Shown piece by piece: positions 32,651-42,324 of a DNA stretch of 64,000 nt (its first letter is position 1; each line of letters opens with the position of its first letter). Origin of the DNA: Candidatus Latescibacterota bacterium (GTDB lineage Bacteria > Latescibacterota > UBA2968 > UBA8231); NCBI GenBank assembly GCA_965243025.1, contig CBDETY010000003.1:5536001-5600000 (forward strand). The letters run 5' to 3'. The notes beneath the pieces were generated by a model. The model did not search any database. It saw only the letters and a list, made by a program, of their open reading frames with translations, and was not told where the DNA came from. Position numbers and translations under genes: made by a program.

Positions 32651-34090
32651 ATGGATTCGGCCGGACCCGTCGAAGGCCGGCCGCCGAACCGGCAGGGGCC
32701 GCGAGTGGGGCCACAGGAAACGCAAATGACTCACGGCACGGCGGGGGAAAACCCGCCCCGGTCCCTTCGGGAACAGCTTCTGGCGGGACAAATCGACCGC
32801 CGCGGGTTCCTGTTCCGGTCCCTGATGGCCGGACTCGGGCTGGCCGGCGTCGGCGTCGCCGGACGTCTCCCAGCTGCCGGAGAGGATCGTCCCCTGACGC
32901 CGACCTTCTATCAGTGGATCGAGGACCTGCACCCGGGCCTTCCCCGGGTCAACGCCCGCTTTCCCGGCATCGAGTACCGGATCGCGCCGGTGGAAGCTGC
33001 CGGCATCGAGCGCTTCGTCGCCGAGGCCAAGAAAGGCCGCAGCACCTGGGACGTGTACGTCGGCCAGACCCCGTTCGCCGAAATGACGGCGATGATCGAG
33101 GCAGGCGTCATCGAGCCCTGGGACGGCTACATTCCTCAAGAGGTGATCGACGACATCATCCCTGCGATCCGCGAGGAATGCACGGTCGACGGCAAGCTCT
33201 ACAGCTGGCCCTTCCTGCTCGACGTCATCGGCATGGGCTGGCACTCGGGGATCACGGCGCGCGCGGGAATCACCGGTCCGCCCCCCGGGATCTGGGAGCA
33301 GTACCTGGAAAATTCCCACGCCGTCGTCGACTCCGGGGCGGCTCCCTTCGGGGCGACCTTCGACGCCCACGGCTGGCGTTCGCTGGCGCCGTTCGCCCAC
33401 AGCCTGACCACCGACGTCTACACCCCGGAAGGACTGTTCGATTTCACCCACGACGCCGCGGTCGAGGCGCTGGTGCTGATGAAGAAGATCATGGCGGTCT
33501 CCCATCCCAACGTCCTGCTCGCCGGGGCCACCGACGGCGGCGTCAACAGCACCCCGGACGAGGATGCATTCGCCAAGCAGAGCGTCGGCTACTACACCAA
33601 GTACTTCAACGCCGCCCTGCGTTTCGCCCAGTACTGGGACGACCCGGAGGAGGTCGCCCTGGCGCCGCTTCCCAAGTTCGCCGGGGGAGAGGGCTCCACT
33701 GTCTTCTGGACGACCGGCTGCGCCCTGCTCCGGCACGGCGGCAACAAGGAGAAGGCGGCCGAGTACATCCGCTCCCTCACCTACGACCGCGAGCTGTGGA
33801 GGGAATCCCTGGCCGGCACCGAGACCGGCCGTCCCGGCCATCTGCCTCCGTACCGGTCGATCTACGCCGGGTGGAACGCGAACCGGCCGGACTGGCTGCC
33901 CGGCTTCGTCGCCCTGGTGCGCGGCCAGCTCGACCGGGCTCGCGCCATCCGCACGCACCTGTTCGGCCTGCAGCAGTTCTTCATCGGCCAGCCGCTCTGG
34001 GAGACCTACCTGAAGGGCGAGGAGGCGGACCCGCGGGCGGCGCTGGCCAACGCCGCCGCTGCGGTCCGTGCCGAGGTCGAGCGCGGGTGA
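32651..34090 (+). CDS. Tat-exported ABC substrate-binding protein, copy 2
   Basis: IDRRGFL, no lipobox Cys; near-identical to copy 1; start could be 32726. Confidence 0.82.
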   Translation: MDSAGPVEGRPPNRQGPRVGPQETQMTHGTAGENPPRSLREQLLAGQIDRRGFLFRSLMAGLGLAGVGVAGRLPAAGEDRPLTPTFYQWIEDLHPGLPRVNARFPGIEYRIAPVEAAGIERFVAEAKKGRSTWDVYVGQTPFAEMTAMIEAGVIEPWDGYIPQEVIDDIIPAIREECTVDGKLYSWPFLLDVIGMGWHSGITARAGITGPPPGIWEQYLENSHAVVDSGAAPFGATFDAHGWRSLAPFAHSLTTDVYTPEGLFDFTHDAAVEALVLMKKIMAVSHPNVLLAGATDGGVNSTPDEDAFAKQSVGYYTKYFNAALRFAQYWDDPEEVALAPLPKFAGGEGSTVFWTTGCALLRHGGNKEKAAEYIRSLTYDRELWRESLAGTETGRPGHLPPYRSIYAGWNANRPDWLPGFVALVRGQLDRARAIRTHLFGLQQFFIGQPLWETYLKGEEADPRAALANAAAAVRAEVERG

Positions 34091-34248
34091 TACCGGCGGT
34101 GGCACGGCGGGAAGCAGATGGGGAACGGGGCCGGCAACCGGCTGATGAAGTTGCTCCGCGGGGGGCCGCAGTTCGGAGGGGCTGTTCACGCGGCTGCCGC
34201 GTTCGCTTTCCCGCCGGCCGCATGAGCCGGCCGGGGATCTCCTGAGAC

Positions 34249-35169
34249 GTGGCTGCCGCCGGGCCCCATCCGGGGCGGATGCTCGCGGGCCGCTTCAGCA
34301 CCTGGTTTTTCCTGCTTCCCGCCCTGCTGTTCTTCGCCGGCTACCAGGTCTACCCGATCCTGCGGGTGACCTGGATCAGCTTCACCGACTTCGAGTACCT
34401 CGGCGGCGACCCGGCCGCCTGGGTCGGGCTCGGCAACTACGCCGAGGCGCTGCGGGACCCGCTGCTGTGGGCGGGGCTGGGCAGGGCTGCCTGGTTCACC
34501 CTGATGTTCCTGCCGGGCACCATCGTCTTCCCGCTGCTGCTGGCGATTCTCGTCGACCGCGTCGGCAACCGCACCGCCGCCACCGTGTACCGCGTGGTGC
34601 TGCTGATTCCCGCGGTGATCCCCAGCACCCTGGTCTTCGTCCTCTGGAAGTGGATGTACAACTACCAGATCGGGCCGATCAACCACTTCCTGGTCGAGGT
34701 CGCCGGCCTCTTCACCTACCACGACGCCCCGCAGTGGCTGGGGGGCACCTCGCTGACCCTGCCGGCGATCGCCGTCATGGAGATCTGGTGGGGCCTGGGG
34801 TACCACACCGTCTTCTTCCTCGCCGGCCTGGCGGCGATCCCGCGCGATCTCGTCGAGGCGGCGCGCGCCGACGGCGCCAACGAGTGGCAGCTGTTCCGGC
34901 ACGTCACCCTGCCGCGGCTGCAGCCGATCATGATGATCCTCGTCGTCCTGAGGTTCGGCTCGGCCATGGCCGTCATCGACGAGTACCTGATCTTCGGCGG
35001 CTTCAACCGCGCCTCGCCGACCTACACCTGGACCGTTTTCATGTACGACCAGGCCTTCAAGACCGGCCTCTGGCGCCAGGGGTTCGCCGCGGCCATCGGC
35101 ATGGTCGGGGCTCTGTTCATGATGGCGGTGGTCGCCGGCCTCGTCTACCTCTTCCGGTCGCGCGACTGA
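34249..35169 (+). CDS. Carbohydrate ABC transporter permease
   Basis: WVGLGNY, LAGLAAIPRDLVEAARADGA. Confidence 0.9.
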   Translation: MAAAGPHPGRMLAGRFSTWFFLLPALLFFAGYQVYPILRVTWISFTDFEYLGGDPAAWVGLGNYAEALRDPLLWAGLGRAAWFTLMFLPGTIVFPLLLAILVDRVGNRTAATVYRVVLLIPAVIPSTLVFVLWKWMYNYQIGPINHFLVEVAGLFTYHDAPQWLGGTSLTLPAIAVMEIWWGLGYHTVFFLAGLAAIPRDLVEAARADGANEWQLFRHVTLPRLQPIMMILVVLRFGSAMAVIDEYLIFGGFNRASPTYTWTVFMYDQAFKTGLWRQGFAAAIGMVGALFMMAVVAGLVYLFRSRD

Positions 35170-36011
35170 TGCGCCCGGCAGCGAAATGGCGCTGGGGGGC
35201 GATCGGCCGCCACGCCGCCATCAACTTCTTCGCCCTGGTGATCCTCCTGCCCCTGGCCTGGGTGCTGCTGCTGTCGGTGAAATCGCTGCCCGACTCGATG
35301 CGCGGAGCCCTGTGGCCGCGGCGCTTCGACTTCTCCCACTACGCTTACGTCTTCGACAAGATCGACACGCTGCCGGTCAACCTGTTCAACAGCGTGTACG
35401 TGACCGCGGCGACGGTGGCGATCACCGCGGCCTGCGCCGTCCTCGCCGGGTACGCCCTCGTGCACCTGAAGTTCCGCGGGGCGCCGGCGATCGTCACCCT
35501 GCTGCTCGCCTCGCTCTATTTCCCGACCCGCGTGGTCGCCATCATCACCATCTACGAAATCCAGGACTGGCTCGAGCTGATCAACAGCACCAGCGGCCTG
35601 ATCCTGCCCTACGTCACCCTCAACCTCGCGGTCAGCGTGCTGATCATGAGGAGCGTGTTCCAGCTGGTGCCGGCCGAGCTCATGGCCGCGGCGCGGATCG
35701 ACGGCGCCGGCCCCTGGCGCACCCTCTGGGTGGTCGGGCTGCCGCTGGCGAGGAACGGCATCGCCGTGGTCCTCATCGTCAACTTCGTGACCGCCTGGGG
35801 GGAGTACCTGCTCTGCTCGACGCTTACCAACGACCAGACGGCGCGCACCATGCCGGTTGTGCTCGCCTCGGCCCAGGGAGGGATGGGGCAGTGGGCGTGG
35901 CCGCGCATCGCCGCGGTCTACGCGCTCGTGGTGACCCCGGGGATCCTCGCCTTCGCCGCGGCGCAGAGGCTGTTCTTCAGGGGGCTGATGGAGGGGGCGC
36001 TGAAGGCCTGA
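35169..36011 (+). CDS. Carbohydrate ABC transporter permease
   Basis: TGATG coupling; VPAELMAAARIDGA, AWGEYLL, GLMEGALKA. Confidence 0.9.
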   Translation: MRPAAKWRWGAIGRHAAINFFALVILLPLAWVLLLSVKSLPDSMRGALWPRRFDFSHYAYVFDKIDTLPVNLFNSVYVTAATVAITAACAVLAGYALVHLKFRGAPAIVTLLLASLYFPTRVVAIITIYEIQDWLELINSTSGLILPYVTLNLAVSVLIMRSVFQLVPAELMAAARIDGAGPWRTLWVVGLPLARNGIAVVLIVNFVTAWGEYLLCSTLTNDQTARTMPVVLASAQGGMGQWAWPRIAAVYALVVTPGILAFAAAQRLFFRGLMEGALKA

Positions 36012-36120
36012 GCGGCCCTCGCTCGCCGTACGCCCTCGGTACGGCTGGCTCAGGCGCCTTGCGAACCGGGCACGGCCGCGAAAGGACGCAGTCGGTCCTC
36101 GCGCTCGTCGGTATGCCTTC

Positions 36121-36498
36121 TCAGGGGCGCAACGGCTGGACTTCCACGAAGACGCGGCCGTCCCGCAGAAACGCCGGGTAGGAGCGCACGCGCTCCCTGC
36201 CGGGGTCGGTGAGGGAGCGGCCGGTGGCGAGGTCGAACTCCCAGCCGTGCCAGGGGCAGCGGACGATCTCTCCCCGGCGGCCGTAGCGGATCTCCTCGCC
36301 CGGCTTGCAGGGCAGCGCCGTGCCGGTCAGGACGCCGTCGGAAAGGCGGGCACCCCGGTGGGAGCAGATGTCGCGCAGGGCGAAGACGCGCTCCCCGTCG
36401 CGCACGACCACGAGCGCCCGCCCGCCGGCCTCGACCCTTTTCAGCACCCCCGGCTCGAAGTCCCCGGCGGCGCCGACGTCAAGCGCGGTGGAAGTCAT
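36121..36498 (-). CDS. Rieske [2Fe-2S] ferredoxin
   Basis: CSHRGA ... CPWHGWEFD. Confidence 0.92.
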   Translation of the reverse strand: MTSTALDVGAAGDFEPGVLKRVEAGGRALVVVRDGERVFALRDICSHRGARLSDGVLTGTALPCKPGEEIRYGRRGEIVRCPWHGWEFDLATGRSLTDPGRERVRSYPAFLRDGRVFVEVQPLRP

Positions 36499-37585
36499 AG
36501 AACCTCGAGGCGTTGCCGGCCATGATCCGCTGCCTGAGAGCGTCGGGGAAGGCCGCCGGCAGGGTGCGGTCCGGGGGGTCGAAGTCCCAGTGCGGGTAAT
36601 CGGTGGCGAACATCAGGAACTCGTCGCTGCCGATCATGTCCAGCAGCTGCAGCAGGTGCTTCGGGTTCGCCGGTTCTTCCATCGGCTGCGTCGTCGCCCG
36701 GAAGTGCTCGACGATGTACTCGCTGGGCGGCTTCGTCAGCCACGGCACCTCGTCGCGCAGGCCGCGGTAGTTCTTGTCGAGCCGCCACATAAGCCCCGGC
36801 AGCCAGGCGAAGCCCCCCTCGACCAGGGCGACCCGCAGCGACGGGAACTTTTCGAACGTCCCCTCGCAGACTAGGCTCAGCACCTGGGCCTCGAATGCCT
36901 GCGACATCGCGGTGTGGTCCTCGATGTAGTACGAGGGCCAGCCGCAGGCGGTTATCGGGTTGTCGCCGCCGCGGCCTCCGAAGTGGATCCCGGCCGGCAG
37001 GCCGGCGTCGCAGCAGGCCTCGAAGATCGGCAGGAACTCGCGCCTGCCGTAGGGGGCGTGAGAGCGCACCAGCAGCAGCACCTGGACGAAGCGCGGGTCG
37101 GCGGCGGCGCGGCGGATCTCGTCGGCGGCGGCCTGCGGGTCGCTGGTGTTGGCGACGATGGAACCGCGCCAGCGCTCGTCCGCTTCGAGCCAGACGGCCG
37201 CCGTCCACTCGTTCACCGCCCGCGCCAGGGCGTTGGCGAAGTCGAGGTTGTGCACCGCGGCCATGCCGTAGAGCGGGTTGAGAACCGCGGCCTCGATCCC
37301 CCAGCGGTCGAGCAGCTGCTCGCGCGCGAAGTCCGGGTCGCTGCCCGGAGGTCCGCCGTCCGGGGGCCAGGCGTCCCGGCGCGCGGCGTTCGAGAATCCT
37401 TTGGGATAGGTGGGTCCCGGGGGGCCGCTGAACCCCGACTGTGCGATGTAGGCTTTCCAGCGCTCCGACAGGTACGGGAGCAGGTCGGTGATCGATCGGG
37501 GGGAGTTGTGGACGTCGCAGTCGATCAGCGACAGCGAGGCTCCGTTGCCGCCGATGGCCGCGGCCGCGGGGGCGGTATCAGTCAT
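36479..37585 (-). CDS. Amidohydrolase_2-fold protein, probable dinuclear-metal oxygenase subunit
   Basis: IDCDVH, GIHFGG, VEGGFAW, TTQPMEEP, FATDYPHWDFD; flanked by Rieske and flavin reductase genes. Confidence 0.85.
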   Translation of the reverse strand: MTDTAPAAAAIGGNGASLSLIDCDVHNSPRSITDLLPYLSERWKAYIAQSGFSGPPGPTYPKGFSNAARRDAWPPDGGPPGSDPDFAREQLLDRWGIEAAVLNPLYGMAAVHNLDFANALARAVNEWTAAVWLEADERWRGSIVANTSDPQAAADEIRRAAADPRFVQVLLLVRSHAPYGRREFLPIFEACCDAGLPAGIHFGGRGGDNPITACGWPSYYIEDHTAMSQAFEAQVLSLVCEGTFEKFPSLRVALVEGGFAWLPGLMWRLDKNYRGLRDEVPWLTKPPSEYIVEHFRATTQPMEEPANPKHLLQLLDMIGSDEFLMFATDYPHWDFDPPDRTLPAAFPDALRQRIMAGNASRFYDFHRA

Positions 37586-38072
37586 TTCCGGCACCGTTCC
37601 GGTGAAGGCGTGCGTAGTTGCCGCCGTAGAAGATCAACGGCTGACCCCCGCGGGAATCGGCGGCCAGCAGCTCGCCGACGAACATGTCGTGATCGCCGCC
37701 CGGGAGAACCTCGACGACCTTGCAATCTGCGAAGGCGAGGGCGTCGTCGAGGATCGGCGAGCCGGTCTCCTCCACCGTGCAGCTCAAATCGGAAAAATCC
37801 TTGGGTCCCTTTCGGGCGAAACGACGCGACAGGGACTCGTGCTCCTGCTTGAGGACGTTGACCGCGAAGCAGCGGCTTTCGAGCAGGGCGCCGTGCATGT
37901 GAGCGGTCTTTTCCACCGATACGACGATGAGGGGCGGGTCGAGGGAAAGGGACATCACCGCGTTGGCGGTCATGCCGCACATCTCGTCCCCGGCGCGGGT
38001 GGTCACCACGGTCACCCCGGTGGCGAAGCGGCCCATCACATGGCGCTGAAGCATCGGGTCGACTGCCATCAT
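37578..38072 (-). CDS. Flavin reductase family protein
   Basis: MGRFATGVTVVT, SLSLDPPL, GGDHDMFVGE, PLIFYGG. Confidence 0.92.
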   Translation of the reverse strand: MMAVDPMLQRHVMGRFATGVTVVTTRAGDEMCGMTANAVMSLSLDPPLIVVSVEKTAHMHGALLESRCFAVNVLKQEHESLSRRFARKGPKDFSDLSCTVEETGSPILDDALAFADCKVVEVLPGGDHDMFVGELLAADSRGGQPLIFYGGNYARLHRNGAGND

Positions 38073-38150
38073 CTGCTCCCGTTACGGCGTTCCGGCGGAC
38101 CGGGCGGTAACATCGAGGGTTCGCCGCGCCCGTCAAGCATCTACAGGTGC

Positions 38151-39092
38151 TCAGTTCCCCGAGCGCATCTGCCGGGTCTGCTTCGAAACCGCCTCGAGCT
38201 GCTCCTCGTCCCACTCCTCCCGCTGCTGCATGGCGTAGAGGGAGGTGTAGCCACCCGACCAGTCGGGGGGCACCAGGCAGGGCCGCCCGTCGTGGTGCGC
38301 CCAAAGCGCCGGGCGGCCGCGCACGATCTCCCCTTCGTAGCGGCTCGGCAGCGGGTTGGCGGTGTAGGTGAAGGCGTCGGCCGAGGAGTAGACGTTGAGC
38401 AGCAGCGGCCGGCCCTGGTCGGACAGGTTCGGCCGCGAACCGTGGATGAGCCGGCAGTTGTGGATGGTCACCGACCCGGCAGGCCCGGTGAGGTACTCGA
38501 CGCTGCCGGTGTCGACGCCGGCGGCGTCCTTCTCGCTCAGGCAGCCGACCCAGCTGCCGTTGGAGTACTGGTTGTAGAGCGGGCCGTCGTGGCTGCCCGC
38601 GATCGCCCCGAGCGGCCCCTGGTCGTCGCCGACGTCGTGCAGGTAGGTGCCGATCGTCAGGGGGGTGTAGTTGGTGTGCGGCCAGTAGGTGATGTCCTGG
38701 TGCCACTTCACCTCCTCGCCGCCGCGCGCCCATTTGAAATTCAGCTTCGAGTGGTGAAACTTGACGTCGGGGCCGACGAGATCGGCGGCGATGTCGGCGA
38801 TGACCGACTGCGAGGCGAACTCCCAGTAGGCGGGGTGGTGCTCGACCGGGCTGGTCAGGCGGCGCAGGCGCGGGTCTTCGGCGGTGTGGCCCGGCTCGAG
38901 GTCGAAGATGGCGTCCGACTGCGTCAGGGAGCGGCTGCGGTCGACCATCTCCCCGGTAACGGCGATGAGGCGCTCGACCCATTCGTCGGGCACGATGCTT
39001 TCGACGAGCAGGTAGCCGTTGTCGAAGTAGAAGCGGCGCTGCTCGTCGCTGAGAACGGTGGGCGGGTGCGAGAGGATCTCTTCAGGAGTCAT
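38151..39092 (-). CDS. PhyH-family Fe(II)/2-oxoglutarate dioxygenase
   Basis: FYFDNGYL, KLNFK, WHQD, GSVTIHNCRLIHGSRPN. Confidence 0.9.
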   Translation of the reverse strand: MTPEEILSHPPTVLSDEQRRFYFDNGYLLVESIVPDEWVERLIAVTGEMVDRSRSLTQSDAIFDLEPGHTAEDPRLRRLTSPVEHHPAYWEFASQSVIADIAADLVGPDVKFHHSKLNFKWARGGEEVKWHQDITYWPHTNYTPLTIGTYLHDVGDDQGPLGAIAGSHDGPLYNQYSNGSWVGCLSEKDAAGVDTGSVEYLTGPAGSVTIHNCRLIHGSRPNLSDQGRPLLLNVYSSADAFTYTANPLPSRYEGEIVRGRPALWAHHDGRPCLVPPDWSGGYTSLYAMQQREEWDEEQLEAVSKQTRQMRSGN

Positions 39093-39221
39093 GGTCGTTC
39101 TCCTCGTCTGGCCGGCAAGGTGACCGAGGCGTCCGGCCAAAGGCGGCAGTGATCTTCAACCGGCTTGCCCGCGGCGGTCTGACCGGAATGCTTTCGATAG
39201 AATTTTCCCCGTTTCCCCGGC

Positions 39222-40145
39222 TCAGGGGACGTACTCGTGCAGGTCGTGGATCCACTTGAACCCCCCGCCGGGAAGCGAGTAGGCGCCGCCCATGGCGAAA
39301 AGCCTGTCGCCGGCGGTGCAGGCGTCGAGCCAGGCCTTGCCGACCGGCATCGGCTCGGCGGCGGTCCAGGAGTCGCGGGCGAAGTCGTAGATCTCGTTGG
39401 AAGCGGTGTAGCTCGGATTCCGCCCCCCGAAGGTGTACATGCAGCCGTCGAGGAGGGCGACCCCCTGCGACTCGCGCCCGGTCGGCTGCGGGGCGAGCCG
39501 CTCCCACTTCCCCACCGCCGGATCGAGGACGTACTGCTCGCCGCGGAACTGGTTGTCGGGGTCCTTGTCGGTGCAGCCCCCGAAGACGTGGATCCTGCCC
39601 TCGTGGGCCGTCACCCCGGGCCCCTGCAGCGGCCGCGGCAGGGAGGGGCCGTCCGACCATTCCGCCGCCCGCGGGTCGTAGACCTCGACGCGGTCGACGA
39701 TGCGCGGGTCGGCCGGGTCCATGGTGTTGCCCCCGATCACCCAGATCTTCCCGGCGCAGGCGACGACGGAGACGCCGGCGCGGTGGCCCCCCGGCATCGG
39801 CTCGAGGACCGACCACTGCTGGGTGCGGACGTCGAGAACTTCGAGGCAGGCGCGCGAGATGAAGTGGTAGTCGAGGCCGGTGCGGACGCGCATTTCCCCG
39901 GTCTGTATGGTCTTGCCGCCGGCGACGTAGATCTTTCCGTCGAGCAGGTCGGCGCCGAGCCAGCCGCGGGCGGTCGGAATCGGCGGTCCCTTTATCCAGA
40001 CGTCGTTGGCGACGTCGTACACCTCGACCACGTGCAGGGTGAGGTCGTCGGCCCCGGAGATCGCGTAGATCGATCCGTTGACGGCGACGGATTGCAGGTC
40101 GTGCCGCGGCGTCGGCATCGACCGTCGTTCAAGCCACTGTCCCAT
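39222..40145 (-). CDS. Kelch-repeat beta-propeller protein
   Basis: Six repeats of the MPTPR...IYVAGG...VEVYD...W type; no signal peptide. Confidence 0.9.
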   Translation of the reverse strand: MGQWLERRSMPTPRHDLQSVAVNGSIYAISGADDLTLHVVEVYDVANDVWIKGPPIPTARGWLGADLLDGKIYVAGGKTIQTGEMRVRTGLDYHFISRACLEVLDVRTQQWSVLEPMPGGHRAGVSVVACAGKIWVIGGNTMDPADPRIVDRVEVYDPRAAEWSDGPSLPRPLQGPGVTAHEGRIHVFGGCTDKDPDNQFRGEQYVLDPAVGKWERLAPQPTGRESQGVALLDGCMYTFGGRNPSYTASNEIYDFARDSWTAAEPMPVGKAWLDACTAGDRLFAMGGAYSLPGGGFKWIHDLHEYVP

Positions 40146-40224
40146 CGGTTTCGTCCTTCGGTTGTTATTGAGGTTTCAGACCAGGTGTCTCGGGCGGGAA
40201 ATAAACGCAATGTTCGGGAGGGCG

Positions 40225-41112
40225 TCACCATTCGGAGGGGGTGCGGGTGATCTCCAGTGAGGCTTTGATCCGGGCCCAGGAGACCGACTCGACGACCGAG
40301 CCGCCGCCCGCGTCAAGCAGAAGGCCGTCGCCGAATCCGTTCGGGGTAAAATCCGTAGGCCAGAAAAGGTTATTAAACTCTCCCCAATCCTCTGGTTCGG
40401 TATCCAGATCGTTGACCCCGATATTGAAGCCAACTGTCATCCCGGGGCTGAGATTGGAAGCGACACTTGCCTCTGGATCGTCCCCGAGCATCAAGTCAAA
40501 GGGGGTGATCGCGAACTCCACGACCCATACGGTGGGGTTCTCGCCTCGAGCGGCACCGCCACCCTCGGCATATGGGGGCTGGTCCATCCAGTCAGCACCG
40601 TCGTAGGCCCCCAAACCGACATGCAACCCCGCTGGGGCCTCGGGAACCGCACTATAGGACTGAACCTGCTCATAGTCCCTGCTAGCCCTGGCAGCTCCCC
40701 CGCTGTGGTCGCCGTCGATATTCAATGCGATGCAGTCATATCCGGATCGATCAATCTCGCCGCCTTCAAACCCACCGACAAACCGGTCGTCGCTAACCTG
40801 GGCACCGACATACAGCCTACCTGTGCCCCGATGCCAACCTAGCCAGACCCGAACGTCCCAATCGCCGGGTTCCCTTGGGGCGATGGTCAAGCCCTGGCGT
40901 GGAACCAATTCCAAACGGGTAAAACCCAGAAGATTCAAGGTGGGTTCACCGAGCACAGTTTCCCAATCCTCGATCGAGCCGTCTGTCAGGTCCATCATCT
41001 CCAGCATTTCATCGGTGATCTCGATGAATGGATAGACGACGTCCCCGACGTGGGCATGCACTCTCAGGCTGGCCCCCATGATACACAGCGCAACGATTAC
41101 CGGACGACTCAA
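40225..41112 (-). CDS. Secreted CBM9/DOMON-like protein with SWARIK tail
   Basis: Signal ending VHA; DGSIEDW, VRVWLGW, IDGDHSGG, GENPTVWVVEFAITPFD; SVVESVSWARIKASL; TTG start; AT-richer. Confidence 0.8.
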   Translation of the reverse strand: MSRPVIVALCIMGASLRVHAHVGDVVYPFIEITDEMLEMMDLTDGSIEDWETVLGEPTLNLLGFTRLELVPRQGLTIAPREPGDWDVRVWLGWHRGTGRLYVGAQVSDDRFVGGFEGGEIDRSGYDCIALNIDGDHSGGAARASRDYEQVQSYSAVPEAPAGLHVGLGAYDGADWMDQPPYAEGGGAARGENPTVWVVEFAITPFDLMLGDDPEASVASNLSPGMTVGFNIGVNDLDTEPEDWGEFNNLFWPTDFTPNGFGDGLLLDAGGGSVVESVSWARIKASLEITRTPSEW

Positions 41113-41263
41113 TGAAATGCCAAGGAGTTCTGTTCTGTTTGCATGGCTAATTATCCCTGAAAATACGAAAGCTCTTTTTCAACAGATTAATGGGTCATGT
41201 CCTGACGGAAAGGGACGAGGTCGAAGTCGTCCTCGTTGGGGAAGACAGCACTGCAGTTCCATC

Positions 41264-42184
41264 TCAGTCCTGTAGAGCTGCCTTGATCCGCGCCCACGTG
41301 ATCGACTCAACGACCGAGTCGTCCCCCGTTTCTCCGTCCGCCGGGAGCAGAAGACCATCGCCGAATCCGTCAGCTGTGGGATCGAATTCCGGAGCCCAAA
41401 CCAATCTATAGTACCCATCTAAATTTCCAGGCTTTGTGTCCGTATCTGTGAGTACCAAATCGAACCCGATTACTTTTCCTGCGCTGAGGTCTGAAGCTAC
41501 ACTTTCTTCGCTGTCGTTCCACAGCAGCCGGTCGAACGGCGTAACTGCAAACTCCACCACGTATACGACAGGGTTCTCGCCCTGGGCTATTCCTCCGCTC
41601 TCCGCATATGGAGGCTTCACCATCCAATCAGCCAAGTTACTCGTTGTCCACAAACCAAGGTGGTCCCCTTCGCGTGCCTCGGGGACGACAAGGTATATCT
41701 GGGCTTGCCGATTCCTTTGCAAATCGTTCCCCGAAAAGAACTCACCTCCACTATGATCCCCGTCGACCACAAGTCCAATGTTATCGTAATTCCCCCGAAA
41801 GTCATTGTCTCTGTTCTTAAACCCACCGATGTACACGTCGTCAATGACCTGAACCCCAAACCACAGCCGTCCCGTTTCCCCGTGCCAGCCTAACCAGACC
41901 TGAAGGTCCAGATCGCCGGGATCCCTTTCGGGGGTGTCGACAAAACGTGTATCGGCAGTGAAATCGAGAAGAGTCAGAGTCGGTTCACCCACGACAATCT
42001 CCCAGTCCTCTATCGAGCCATCCGTGAGGTCCATCATCTCCAGCATGTCGTCGGTGATCTCGGTGAACGGATAGACGACGTCCCGGACGTGGGCATGAAC
42101 TCTCATGGTTGCCGGCCCGACAGCCAGCGTCAAGGTCAACAGCCAAACCCGGGAAATCCCGACCGAGTCCTTTTCAATTCGCAT
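41264..42184 (-). CDS. Secreted CBM9/DOMON-like protein with TWARIK tail
   Basis: Signal ending VHA; DGSIEDW, LQVWLGW, VDGDHSGG, QAQIY, GENPVVYVVEFAVTPFD; SVVESITWARIKAALQD. Confidence 0.8.
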   Translation of the reverse strand: MRIEKDSVGISRVWLLTLTLAVGPATMRVHAHVRDVVYPFTEITDDMLEMMDLTDGSIEDWEIVVGEPTLTLLDFTADTRFVDTPERDPGDLDLQVWLGWHGETGRLWFGVQVIDDVYIGGFKNRDNDFRGNYDNIGLVVDGDHSGGEFFSGNDLQRNRQAQIYLVVPEAREGDHLGLWTTSNLADWMVKPPYAESGGIAQGENPVVYVVEFAVTPFDRLLWNDSEESVASDLSAGKVIGFDLVLTDTDTKPGNLDGYYRLVWAPEFDPTADGFGDGLLLPADGETGDDSVVESITWARIKAALQD

Positions 42185-42324
42185 GACCAATCCCCTGAAA
42201 TTGACGACCTCCTTGATATCTCGCGGCGAACGAAAGATAAAAAAAGGTTCCCAGGAGGTAGGGGTTCCACTTCTATGGCGAGGCGGCGTTTGCACCGGTG
42301 GGCAAGCCGTCCCGGGAACCACCC

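Larger units (their letters stand above)
30977..34090. repeat. Tandem duplication of a ~1.55 kb unit (30977-32521 and 32545-34090)
   Basis: Both units begin gtcgaggtcccggccctcgc and end gccgaggtcgagcgcgggtga; near-identical SBP bodies. Confidence 0.93.

Noticed and set aside
40225-42184. Diversity-generating retroelement behind the variable family
   Set aside because: No reverse transcriptase in the window; differences include indels and are not adenine-specific; no TR/VR pair seen.
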